Assembly (NCBI GenBank): GCA_900555715.1
Contig: USMC01000001.1
Span: forward strand, 107,128 to 171,127
DNA length: 64,000 nt
Reading direction: 5' to 3'
Source of the DNA: an uncultured Porphyromonadaceae bacterium
GTDB taxonomy: Bacteria > Bacteroidota > Bacteroidia > Bacteroidales > Muribaculaceae
In this document: one piece after another, positions 19,741 to 28,131 of the stretch
How the letters are laid out: every line of letters starts with the position of its first letter
Numbering within the stretch: the stretch's first letter is position 1
Made by a program: the position numbers and the translations under genes
The notes under the pieces: generated by a model
What the model was told of the DNA's origin: nothing
The model's database searches: none
The model's input: only the letters and a program-made list of their open reading frames with translations

Positions 19741-20448
19741 ATGGCTACTACAGACTCGTTAGGAAATATACTCATTGTCGACGATGACAAGAATATCTGC
19801 GAACTCCTACAAGTGAATTTGGGGAGCGAAGGATACTGCATCACCGTCGAGCCTGTTGCCGAAAATGTGATGGAGCGCGATCTCACATGTGTGAGCCTCA
19901 TCCTCGCCGACGCCATGAAACAGCCGTACAGCGGCATGGATCTTCTCTACGACATCAAGGACAATCCGGACACCGAGGGTATCCCGGTGATTCTTTTCAG
20001 CGACATCAAAAGCGAGTATATAACTGTCGACTCCATCGAAGCCGGCGCAGACGACTATATTGTCAAGCCGTTTTCTCTCCGTGTCCTCATGGCACGTGTC
20101 AAGGCGGTGATGCGTCGCCATGCGGCAGTTCCGCGGTCGTCATCGACTATAAGTTTCCTTTCTATGGTCGCCGATCTCCGTCGCCAGACCATCACTATCG
20201 ACGGTGCTCCTGTGCCGCTGACTGCCAAAGAGTATGCAGTCGCGGCGATGCTGCTTAAAAATGCCGACAATTTCATATCACGTGTTGAGATTTTCAAAAG
20301 CGTATGGGCTGGCGACAGCGCCGGCTCCAACGAACGTATCGTAGACACAAATATATCGCGACTGCGGAAAAAGCTCGGCAGCATAGCTCCGCATCTCATC
20401 AGCCGAACCGGTCACGGCTATATGCTGTCGACAAACGTACCTTCATGA
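19741..20448 (+). CDS. response regulator transcription factor, OmpR/PhoB winged-helix family
   Basis: Receiver motifs ILIVDDDKNICELL and ...DYIVKPF, followed by a C-terminal trans_reg_C domain (TAKEYAVAAMLLKNADNFISRVEIFKSVW...VDTNISRLRKKL). Confidence 0.8.
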   Translation: MATTDSLGNILIVDDDKNICELLQVNLGSEGYCITVEPVAENVMERDLTCVSLILADAMKQPYSGMDLLYDIKDNPDTEGIPVILFSDIKSEYITVDSIEAGADDYIVKPFSLRVLMARVKAVMRRHAAVPRSSSTISFLSMVADLRRQTITIDGAPVPLTAKEYAVAAMLLKNADNFISRVEIFKSVWAGDSAGSNERIVDTNISRLRKKLGSIAPHLISRTGHGYMLSTNVPS

Positions 20449-20478
20449 CCGATAAGTATCATCTAATTCTTTCTCATT

Positions 20479-21837
20479 TTGGACACAGACCCTTTGCCGT
20501 TATCGGACGCATTTTGTAACTTTGCCGGTATGTTACCGGATACCATCCTTCTTTCTTTGACCACATTCGGCGCAGGGCAGGTTCTCGCCCTATGTCTGGC
20601 TTTATTGTGCCTTGTCATTTCCGGTTTTGTCAGCGGCAGTGAGATGGCATATTTTTCCCTCACCGACCAGCAGATCGACGAAATAGGACAGGATGAAAAA
20701 AACAGCGGCGTCATCAGTCTTCTCAAAAAGCCGCAGCAGCTTCTCGCCACAATACTTGTGGCAAACAATCTGGTGAACGTCACTATCGTTGTGCTCACCA
20801 ATTTTGCTCTCGGACCGGTCTTTTCGGGAATGTCGCCGGTGCTGAGCTTCATTCTGCAGACCGTGCTGCTCACCTTCCTTATCCTTCTTTTCGGCGAAAT
20901 AATACCTAAGCTTCTTGCAAACAATTACAGTGTGGGGTGGAGCTGCTTTGCGGCGCGTCCCCTCGGTATCATCTACAAGGTGCTGTTGCCAGTGACTAAG
21001 GTGATGGTGAAGTCGGGCACGTTAGTGAAAAAAGTGGTGACTAAGCAGACCAACGATATCAGCACCGACGAGCTTTCGCGAGCTCTTGAAATCACACAGG
21101 GCGCCTCCGGCGACGACAAGGAGATGCTCGAAGGCATCCTTAAATTCGGCGATACGACGGCATCGGAGGTTATGACTCCGCGTGTCGACATAACCGATAT
21201 CTCTACATCCATGCCTTTCGACAAAGTGCTGGAAATAGTTCTTGCCAGCGGTTATTCCCGCCTTCCGGCATATGGCGAGAATCAGGACGACATCAAGGGC
21301 ATCCTCTATTCGCGCGATCTGCTGCCATATATAGGTACGGAGCAGAGCAGCTGCCTCGACTGGCAGAAACTTCTCCGTCAGGCATACTTCGTTCCGGAGT
21401 CGCGTAATATCGACGATCTTCTTGAAGACTTCCGCAGGCTCAAGATACACATGGCGATAGTTGTCGACGAATATGGCGGCACGCAGGGCGTTGTGACTCT
21501 GGAGGATGTGCTGGAGGAAATCGTCGGCGACATCGACGACGAATACGATGAACCAGACACCACTTTCAAGCGTCTGCGCGACGACACGTATATGTTCGAA
21601 GGACGCACCCCGCTGACCGATTTCTTCCGCATCACGGATCTCAATCCGGAAGATTACGAAGATGTAACTGCCGACGTCGAGACGCTGGCGGGGATGCTTC
21701 TTGCCATCAAGGGCGATTTCCCCAAGGAAAAAGAACCGCTGGTCTATAAGCGCTGCCATTTCCTTATTCTGGATATCGACGAACACCGCATTGCCGAGGT
21801 ACGTGTGAAGGTGATGCCAGAAGAAGATACGAAATGA
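20479..21837 (+). CDS. gldE: hemolysin/CorC-family membrane protein (DUF21 + CBS pair + CorC_HlyC), GldE-like
   Basis: Domain order is an N-terminal 4-TM DUF21 region, CBS pairs, then a C-terminal CorC/HlyC transporter-associated domain. A gldD-like lipoprotein gene follows immediately, as at the Flavobacterium gldE-gldD locus. Confidence 0.75.
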   Translation: MDTDPLPLSDAFCNFAGMLPDTILLSLTTFGAGQVLALCLALLCLVISGFVSGSEMAYFSLTDQQIDEIGQDEKNSGVISLLKKPQQLLATILVANNLVNVTIVVLTNFALGPVFSGMSPVLSFILQTVLLTFLILLFGEIIPKLLANNYSVGWSCFAARPLGIIYKVLLPVTKVMVKSGTLVKKVVTKQTNDISTDELSRALEITQGASGDDKEMLEGILKFGDTTASEVMTPRVDITDISTSMPFDKVLEIVLASGYSRLPAYGENQDDIKGILYSRDLLPYIGTEQSSCLDWQKLLRQAYFVPESRNIDDLLEDFRRLKIHMAIVVDEYGGTQGVVTLEDVLEEIVGDIDDEYDEPDTTFKRLRDDTYMFEGRTPLTDFFRITDLNPEDYEDVTADVETLAGMLLAIKGDFPKEKEPLVYKRCHFLILDIDEHRIAEVRVKVMPEEDTK

Positions 21838-22397
21838 AAGTTATCATTCCCGCTCTGATACTGGCGGCTGTTGCCGGCGGCTGCCGCAACAGCGCTTCTG
21901 ACAATGCTGTGCCGCGCAGATATGCCTATCCGCGTATCGAATTGCCAGATACTGTCACGACGGAAGCACGTTTGGGCGATTTCAGTCTGCGATATAACGC
22001 CGATGCGGACACGGCTGTGCCACGGCAGGGGTGGCTCGACATTGTTTATCCCCGCCTGGGTGTTACTGTGAATCTGAGCACTAACGATTTTGCCGACGAA
22101 GCTTCGCTCGCCGCCTCGCTCGCCAACCGCCGACAGCGCATGAGTCTGAATTTCGGCGACGCGGTATGCGAAAACAGGACGTTTACCAACAATGAGGGCA
22201 TAGAATGCTTCATCTCCGGCAGTCCGGATGCGGGAATGGCGCCGATATATATCATCGCAGTGCGGCGAGGCAGTCACACTGCAATGCTTAGCGGAGCAGC
22301 TGTTTTCGATGGCTCTACCGAACCAGCTGACTCTATAATGCCTGTTTACGGGGCGATTTACGACGACATGGTAAATCTTCTCAAAAGTCTCCGATGA
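21834..22397 (+). CDS. gldD: gliding-motility lipoprotein GldD-like
   Basis: 187-aa lipoprotein (lipobox AAVAGGC). It overlaps the stop of the gldE-like gene by 4 bp. Size and position match GldD. Confidence 0.5.
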   Translation: MKVIIPALILAAVAGGCRNSASDNAVPRRYAYPRIELPDTVTTEARLGDFSLRYNADADTAVPRQGWLDIVYPRLGVTVNLSTNDFADEASLAASLANRRQRMSLNFGDAVCENRTFTNNEGIECFISGSPDAGMAPIYIIAVRRGSHTAMLSGAAVFDGSTEPADSIMPVYGAIYDDMVNLLKSLR

Positions 22398-22915
22398 AAC
22401 CGTCGTATTGTCTCTATTTAACTGCCATCGGGCAGGATGAGCGTCCGCGCAGAATACGCGAGACCATTGCGGTGGAAGATCTTGTCCGCCGTGTGTTCGG
22501 CACCGGAGCAGTGAAGCGCAATCTGCCTTCCGGTAAGCCTGTCGTTGAGTTGCCGGACGGCGGGAGTCCGACAGTGTCCATCAGCCATTCGGCAAAGGAA
22601 GCCGTTCTCGTCGTGAGCTGCGACGGAACGCCTGTCGGGGTAGATATTGAGGAATTCCGTCCGGCTCTGCGCCGTGTTGTGCCTAAATTCCTTAATCCCG
22701 ACGAGGCTGTGGCATATACAGACGATGACGCTCTGCTGAAGGCGTGGACGCTCAAAGAAGCGACGTACAAGGCGGCGTGTACGCCCGGGCTTTCGCTTCT
22801 CGACATCCGATTGCCGTTCGGAGATGGCATAATACGTCTCTCGGACGGACGTGCTTTCAGAGTGCTTGAAAGCCGGTTTTACGGCGATTCCTATATTTCT
22901 GTTGTAGGAAGTTGA
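22394..22915 (+). CDS. 4'-phosphopantetheinyl transferase superfamily protein
   Basis: Motifs VSISHS, VGVDIEE and WTLKEATYKA are the conserved PPTase (Sfp/AcpS-type) motifs. It overlaps the gldD-like stop by 4 bp. Confidence 0.7.
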   Translation: MKPSYCLYLTAIGQDERPRRIRETIAVEDLVRRVFGTGAVKRNLPSGKPVVELPDGGSPTVSISHSAKEAVLVVSCDGTPVGVDIEEFRPALRRVVPKFLNPDEAVAYTDDDALLKAWTLKEATYKAACTPGLSLLDIRLPFGDGIIRLSDGRAFRVLESRFYGDSYISVVGS

Positions 22916-23632
22916 TTATCTGTTTACCATGGCGATAGCGTAGACGCCTATCGAGGCGGGACGGGCGCCGGAGGAGGAGATAGCGCGCACGCACTCACGT
23001 ATGGTCGAGCCGGTGGTGATGATGTCGTCGACGACGGCGATGTTGAGACCGTCGAGTTCCGACGGGTAGCGTAGAACCATTTTTCCTTCAAGATTGCCGA
23101 GACGTGCGCGTGCGCTCTGCAGGCTCTGTGTGCGGTGCGGCTTGCGCGATTCGAGATTGTCAATCACAGGAATGCCTGTAACGTCGGAAATGCCGCGGGC
23201 TATCTCAACGCTCTGGTTGTAGCCGCGCCGGAGGCGCTTGATCCAATGCATCGGCACAGGAAGGAGCACATCAGTTCGTTCGATTCCGCTGTTGGAATTT
23301 GTCAGGAGCTCTTTGCCGAAGAGTCTTCCGAGTTCCCGGGCGAGGGCAGGGCGGTCGCGGAATTTGGCAGTACGGATAATCTCGGCAGAATGCGCTGCGC
23401 TGTCGTAGAAAAACCATGCAGCACACGCTCCGGGTTCCGCTACGCCGTTGTCGACAAGCTCGCGCAGCGGTGTCTGCGTGCCACAGAAGTCTGTCCTCGG
23501 CAGTGCTGTGAGACAGTCGATGCACATGGCGGTCTCTGTCGTCAGCAGCACTTTACCGCACGACGGACAAGTGCGTGGAGCGATTGTGTCAAGCGTGAAT
23601 GTGCGAATTTTGCCGAGTATCTGACTTATCAT
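22916..23632 (-). CDS. comF: ComF-family protein (phosphoribosyltransferase domain)
   Basis: N-terminal zinc-finger CPSCGKV...CIDC and C-terminal PRTase motif VVDDIITTGSTI. Confidence 0.85.
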   Translation of the reverse strand: MISQILGKIRTFTLDTIAPRTCPSCGKVLLTTETAMCIDCLTALPRTDFCGTQTPLRELVDNGVAEPGACAAWFFYDSAAHSAEIIRTAKFRDRPALARELGRLFGKELLTNSNSGIERTDVLLPVPMHWIKRLRRGYNQSVEIARGISDVTGIPVIDNLESRKPHRTQSLQSARARLGNLEGKMVLRYPSELDGLNIAVVDDIITTGSTIRECVRAISSSGARPASIGVYAIAMVNR

Positions 23633-23660
23633 TTTGTCCTGTCGGTATAAATAGCTAACT

Positions 23661-24119
23661 TTGGGAGATATGTTTGATTCAGTAGAATTCTATGTTATAA
23701 CAGCCTTTGTGGCGGCTGCCGTGATTGCTGCTGTTGCCATGCCGGCGCGTCGTGCGGCGGCAAGAGATTTTCTGTACGCCGGAGATTTTGTTTTCGATGC
23801 GTCGCCGTCCGTTCCCGGTATCGTGGCGATTGTCGGCGACGACGGTGTGCTCACAATCTACCGTTTTGGTCTTTCGGGCGTAAGTGCGTCGGGAGCGTTC
23901 AGTATTGCCGTCAGCATTGTCGGTTTCGATGTAACGGTCAATGAGCGTCTTACAGAAGGCAATCCTGCCGATACGCAGGCAACAGCCGCTACGGTTCGCC
24001 TCGATTGCTTCGGCGCGGAACGCTATCATTTCCATTATGTCAGCGAACGCCTCGGGCGCAGTGCGGCTTTCTCGCTCAACATCCGTCCCGGCAACAGGAT
24101 AGATCGCCGGCTGGACTGA
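23661..24119 (+). CDS. hypothetical small membrane protein
   Basis: 152-aa ORF in an otherwise 490-bp gap. It has an N-terminal hydrophobic helix and host-like codon usage. There is no homology evidence. Confidence 0.3.
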   Translation: MGDMFDSVEFYVITAFVAAAVIAAVAMPARRAAARDFLYAGDFVFDASPSVPGIVAIVGDDGVLTIYRFGLSGVSASGAFSIAVSIVGFDVTVNERLTEGNPADTQATAATVRLDCFGAERYHFHYVSERLGRSAAFSLNIRPGNRIDRRLD

Positions 24120-25490
24120 TCAGATTGTGATTCCGCTCATGTGCCGCAGGAAGAAGGTGGCAATCTGGACGTAGATAATCAGTCCGATGATGTCGTTGGA
24201 TATCTGTATGAAAGGACCTGTGGCGAGCGCAGGGTTGATGTGGAGTTTTTCGAGGGTCAGGGGTACAAGGGTGCCGAGGAGAGAGCCGAACATCACCACA
24301 ATGAACAGTGATACTGCCACCGACACCGTCACGGCGATGTCGCTTGGCATTGTAATCAGGTTGTACACCAGAACGACCGCCGTTATTATGGTGGCATTGA
24401 GCAGTCCGATGACAATTTCCTTGCCGAGTTGCGAAGCGAAATGTTTGATGTCGAGGCTGCCGTTTGCAAGACCCTGTACGACGATAGCGGATGCCTGTAC
24501 GCCTACGTTACCGCCGGTGCCGGCTATAATCGGTATGAAGAGCGCCAGCGCTGTCACAGCCTGCAGCTGTGCCTCGAAGGAGCTCAGGATGACAGTGGCG
24601 AGCAATCCGGACGCTATTCCTATGAGCAACCACGGAATGCGTGCTTTTGTCTGGGCGAATACGGAGTCGTCGGCGTCGACGTCCGACGAGATACCGGACG
24701 CCAGCTGGTAGTCGCGTTCGTTCGCCTCACGCACCTGATCCATGACGTCGTCGACGGTGATGCGTCCCAGCAGTCTGCCGATAGAGTCGACCACAGGCAT
24801 AGCCACAAGGTCGTATTTTTCGAAATCGAGCGCTACTTCGTCGATAGGCGTGTCTGCCTTGACGCTCACGGGATCCGTTTCCATGATGTGCTTGATCTTC
24901 GACACAGATGGATGGGTGAGCATCATTTTCAGCGGCAGGGTGCCGCGAAGCTTGTTGTCGTTGTCGACGACGTAGACATAGTAGATTTCGTCCATATCCT
25001 CCGCCTGGAGCCTCATCTGCCTGATGCATTCGGGCATCGACCAGTTCTCGTTGACGACAATCATCTCCGTGCCCATGAGGCCGCCGGCAGTGTCCTCGTC
25101 GTATTTCAGCAGGTCGATGATGTCGCCGGCCTGTTCGACGTCGTCGATGTGCGACAGCACTTCGTCGCGGTCTTCTTCATCGAGCTGCTGGATGAGGTCG
25201 ACGGCATCGTCGGTGTCAAGGTGGTCGATCTGTTTGGCAATCTCCTCGGCCGGCATGTCCGAGATGAGTTCCTTACGCTCGTCTTCGTCGAGCTCCATGA
25301 GCACGTCGGCGGCGGTGTCTTCATCGAGATGTGTGAAGATAAACATCGCCTGCTCCTCGTCGAGCTTCTGGATGAGCTCGGCGATATCGGCGGGATGAAG
25401 GTCGTCGATTACTTTGCGGACAGCATCGCTGTCGTTCTGCGCGATGATGTTTTCGATATTCGTGATGTCCTCCTCTGTGAATTCTTTCAT
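24120..25490 (-). CDS. mgtE: magnesium transporter MgtE
   Basis: Acidic N-domain, CBS pair and a C-terminal 5-TM MgtE domain (PWLLIGIASGLLATVIL...). Confidence 0.95.
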   Translation of the reverse strand: MKEFTEEDITNIENIIAQNDSDAVRKVIDDLHPADIAELIQKLDEEQAMFIFTHLDEDTAADVLMELDEDERKELISDMPAEEIAKQIDHLDTDDAVDLIQQLDEEDRDEVLSHIDDVEQAGDIIDLLKYDEDTAGGLMGTEMIVVNENWSMPECIRQMRLQAEDMDEIYYVYVVDNDNKLRGTLPLKMMLTHPSVSKIKHIMETDPVSVKADTPIDEVALDFEKYDLVAMPVVDSIGRLLGRITVDDVMDQVREANERDYQLASGISSDVDADDSVFAQTKARIPWLLIGIASGLLATVILSSFEAQLQAVTALALFIPIIAGTGGNVGVQASAIVVQGLANGSLDIKHFASQLGKEIVIGLLNATIITAVVLVYNLITMPSDIAVTVSVAVSLFIVVMFGSLLGTLVPLTLEKLHINPALATGPFIQISNDIIGLIIYVQIATFFLRHMSGITI

Positions 25491-25502
25491 ATCCGTGCCT
25501 TG

Positions 25503-26300
25503 TTACAGTCCGCGTGCGCTTTGCACAGCGCGGGTTAGTTCGACAAATTGTCCTACTGTAAGTTGTTCCGGGCGCATAGACCCGAGCTTGTCGTCGACGG
25601 CGTGCTCGCCCGGCGGGAGCAGTCCTCTGATGGAGTTACGGATTGTCTTGCGCCGTTGTCCGAAGGTCGTTTTCACGACAGTGCGGAACAGGTCAGCGTC
25701 GCATCCGAGGTCGGTGACAGCGTTGCGTGTCATGCGTATCACTCCCGATTTTACCTTCGGGGGAGGGTTGAACACGTGCTCACTTACGGTGAACAGATAT
25801 TCGATGTCGTACCACGCCTGAAGCAGCACGCTCAGTATTCCGCGTGCTTTAGTGCCCGGTGCGGCGGCTATACGTTCTGCAACCTCGCGCTGGAGCATAC
25901 CGGAGCAGCATACTACTCGGTCGCGGTGGTCGAGAACCTTGAAGAAGATCTGGGAAGAAATGTTATATGGATAATTGCCGATGATGCAGCACGGCGAATC
26001 GCCGGGCAGCATCTTCTCGAAGGGCATTGTCAGAAAATCACCCTCGATGATACTTGGTTGTGGTTCGGGGAGGTGCGTTCTAAGCCAATCCACGCTTTCT
26101 GTATCTATCTCTATCAGCGACAGCTTGTCGGCAGGATGGCTTTCCATGAGAAACTGCGTCAGCACTCCCGTGCCGGGTCCTATTTCCAGCACAGGCAGAG
26201 AGGGATAGCTGTCGAGTGTGGCTGCTATGCGTGCGGCTACGCCCATGTCGGTCAGGAAATGCTGACCGAGCGCTTTCTTGGGTCTGACAGAGTTACTCAT
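25503..26300 (-). CDS. rsmA: 16S rRNA (adenine1518-N6/adenine1519-N6)-dimethyltransferase
   Basis: KKALGQHFL, a SAM-binding LEIGPGTGVLT motif and the IIGNYPYNISS motif. The start was set at MSNSVRPKK. Confidence 0.9.
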   Translation of the reverse strand: MSNSVRPKKALGQHFLTDMGVAARIAATLDSYPSLPVLEIGPGTGVLTQFLMESHPADKLSLIEIDTESVDWLRTHLPEPQPSIIEGDFLTMPFEKMLPGDSPCCIIGNYPYNISSQIFFKVLDHRDRVVCCSGMLQREVAERIAAAPGTKARGILSVLLQAWYDIEYLFTVSEHVFNPPPKVKSGVIRMTRNAVTDLGCDADLFRTVVKTTFGQRRKTIRNSIRGLLPPGEHAVDDKLGSMRPEQLTVGQFVELTRAVQSARGL

Positions 26301-26455
26301 AATTGCAAAATTAGCAAAATTCTCCCACCCTCCCAAATTTTTGTCATCCCACGTTTCATTGTATTAATAAGCAGCTTTGCGGTGGAGGCAATAAAAAGGG
26401 GATTTTTGAGTTATATATTTATCGTGTTGTCCGGATGGACTTTGAATTTATTACA

Positions 26456-27652
26456 ATGAGATATTTTAACCGCTATATTGTTGCCTTGCTTTCCGTCGTG
26501 TTCTGCGTCGGAGGCGCTCTGGCGCAGAAAAACGAATTCAATCCTGTCGAGACGGGTGTGACGTCGCTGTCGATTGCTCCTGACGCGCGCGGCGCGTCCA
26601 TGGGCGATATAGGCGCCGCTACCGACCCTGACGCCTACTCTCAGTTCTGGAACCCGTCGAAATATGCTTTCGCTTTCAGTCAGGCGTCTGTGTCGCTGAG
26701 CTACACTCCGTGGCTACGCAAACTTGTGAACGACATTTTCCTCGCCGACTTGTCCGGATATTATAAAATCGGTTATCAGGACAATCAGGCAGTGAGTGCC
26801 TCGCTGCGTTATTTCTCTCTTGGCGAAGTGACGACAAGCCAGGAAGAGGGCATTGTCGGTCAGACGCTGAATCCTTACGAAATGTCGTTCGACATCGGTT
26901 ATTCCCGCAAGCTTTCGGAGAAATACTCCATGGGTGTTGTCTTCCGCTATATCTACTCGGCGTTGGGATTCTCGGAATCGTATGCAGGCGACCAGAATAC
27001 GGGTGCTTCGGCTTTCGCCGCCGACATATCGGGCTACTATACCACCTATCCTATCATCGGACGCAGCGAATGCCAGTGGTCGTGGGGATGGAACATCTCC
27101 AACATCGGCTCAAAGGTGAGCTATGACGGCGGCGAGAATCCGGCATTCCTGCCTACGAATCTCAAGCTTGGTACGACCTTCCTTTTCCCGCTCGCCGACT
27201 ATCACACTCTTGCGCTGAGCCTTGACCTTAACAAGCTTCTGGTGCCCACGCGTCCGCGCCGCAGCGACTTTGTCGACGGCATCGAGGGCGAGGAAGAATA
27301 TATCAGGAAGCTTGAGGACTGGAAAAGCATGTCGCCGATCACAGGTATTTTCAAGTCGTTCTCCGACGCTCCCGGCGGAGCAAAGGAAGAATTCCGCGAA
27401 ATAAATGTATCGTTCGGTGCGGAGTATTCGTATAATAACCAGTTCTTCCTCCGCGGCGGCTACTACTATGAGAACGAGTTCAAGGGTAACCGCCAGTACT
27501 TCGGTCTCGGTGCCGGCTTCTCGCTCAATGTGGTGCGTCTGGATGCTTCGTATATGCTTTCCACCGCCCAGACATCTCCGCTGGATCAGACCTTGCGTTT
27601 TTCTCTGACATTCGATATGGACGGTCTGCGCGACCTTCTCGGCAGAAGATGA
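26456..27652 (+). CDS. outer-membrane beta-barrel protein, T9SS PorV/PorQ (PorP/SprF superfamily)-like
   Basis: Signal peptide with alternating beta-strand periodicity. It resembles the PorV/PorQ family; the specific assignment is tentative. Confidence 0.45.
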   Translation: MRYFNRYIVALLSVVFCVGGALAQKNEFNPVETGVTSLSIAPDARGASMGDIGAATDPDAYSQFWNPSKYAFAFSQASVSLSYTPWLRKLVNDIFLADLSGYYKIGYQDNQAVSASLRYFSLGEVTTSQEEGIVGQTLNPYEMSFDIGYSRKLSEKYSMGVVFRYIYSALGFSESYAGDQNTGASAFAADISGYYTTYPIIGRSECQWSWGWNISNIGSKVSYDGGENPAFLPTNLKLGTTFLFPLADYHTLALSLDLNKLLVPTRPRRSDFVDGIEGEEEYIRKLEDWKSMSPITGIFKSFSDAPGGAKEEFREINVSFGAEYSYNNQFFLRGGYYYENEFKGNRQYFGLGAGFSLNVVRLDASYMLSTAQTSPLDQTLRFSLTFDMDGLRDLLGRR

Positions 27653-28131
27653 TGAATTTCCGCATAGGCAACGGCTACGATGTACACCGTCTCGTTGAAG
27701 GACGTCGTTGCATCATCTGCGGAGTAGATATACCGCATGACAAAGGTCTTTTAGGGCACAGCGATGCCGATGTGGCGCTCCATGCGTTGTCGGACGCATT
27801 GCTTGGAGCTGCCGCCCGTGGCGACATAGGACTGCATTTTCCCGACACTGACATGCGCTGGAAAGGCGCCGATTCGCGCGTGCTTCTGCGTGCTGTCGTC
27901 GATATTATCGCGCAGGTCGGTTTCCGTCCCGGCAATGTCGATGTCACCATCATAGCTCAGGCACCGAAGATGCGCCCTTATATCGACGCTATGCGCGCCA
28001 ATATTGCCGCAGACCTCGGTATCGACTTAGATTGCGTGAGTGTCAAGGCGACAACTACCGAACGCCTTGGTTTTACCGGGCGTGAAGAAGGTATCGCCGC
28101 GCAGGCGACGGCTTTGATCGAAAGAATTTAA
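27649..28131 (+). CDS. ispF: 2-C-methyl-D-erythritol 2,4-cyclodiphosphate synthase
   Basis: [19 protein letters not shown] and GDIG motifs, 160 aa. Confidence 0.95.
   Translation: MMNFRIGNGYDVHRLVEGRRCIICGVDIPHDKGLLGHSDADVALHALSDALLGAAARGDIGLHFPDTDMRWKGADSRVLLRAVVDIIAQVGFRPGNVDVTIIAQAPKMRPYIDAMRANIAADLGIDLDCVSVKATTTERLGFTGREEGIAAQATALIERI

Noticed and set aside
24429-25538. 369-aa plus-strand ORF antisense to mgtE, plus several Ser/Arg-rich ORFs in the same region
   Set aside because: GC-rich antisense frames. mgtE on the minus strand is unambiguous.
25548-26459. 303-aa plus-strand ORF antisense to rsmA
   Set aside because: Shadow frame. rsmA motifs on the minus strand are decisive.
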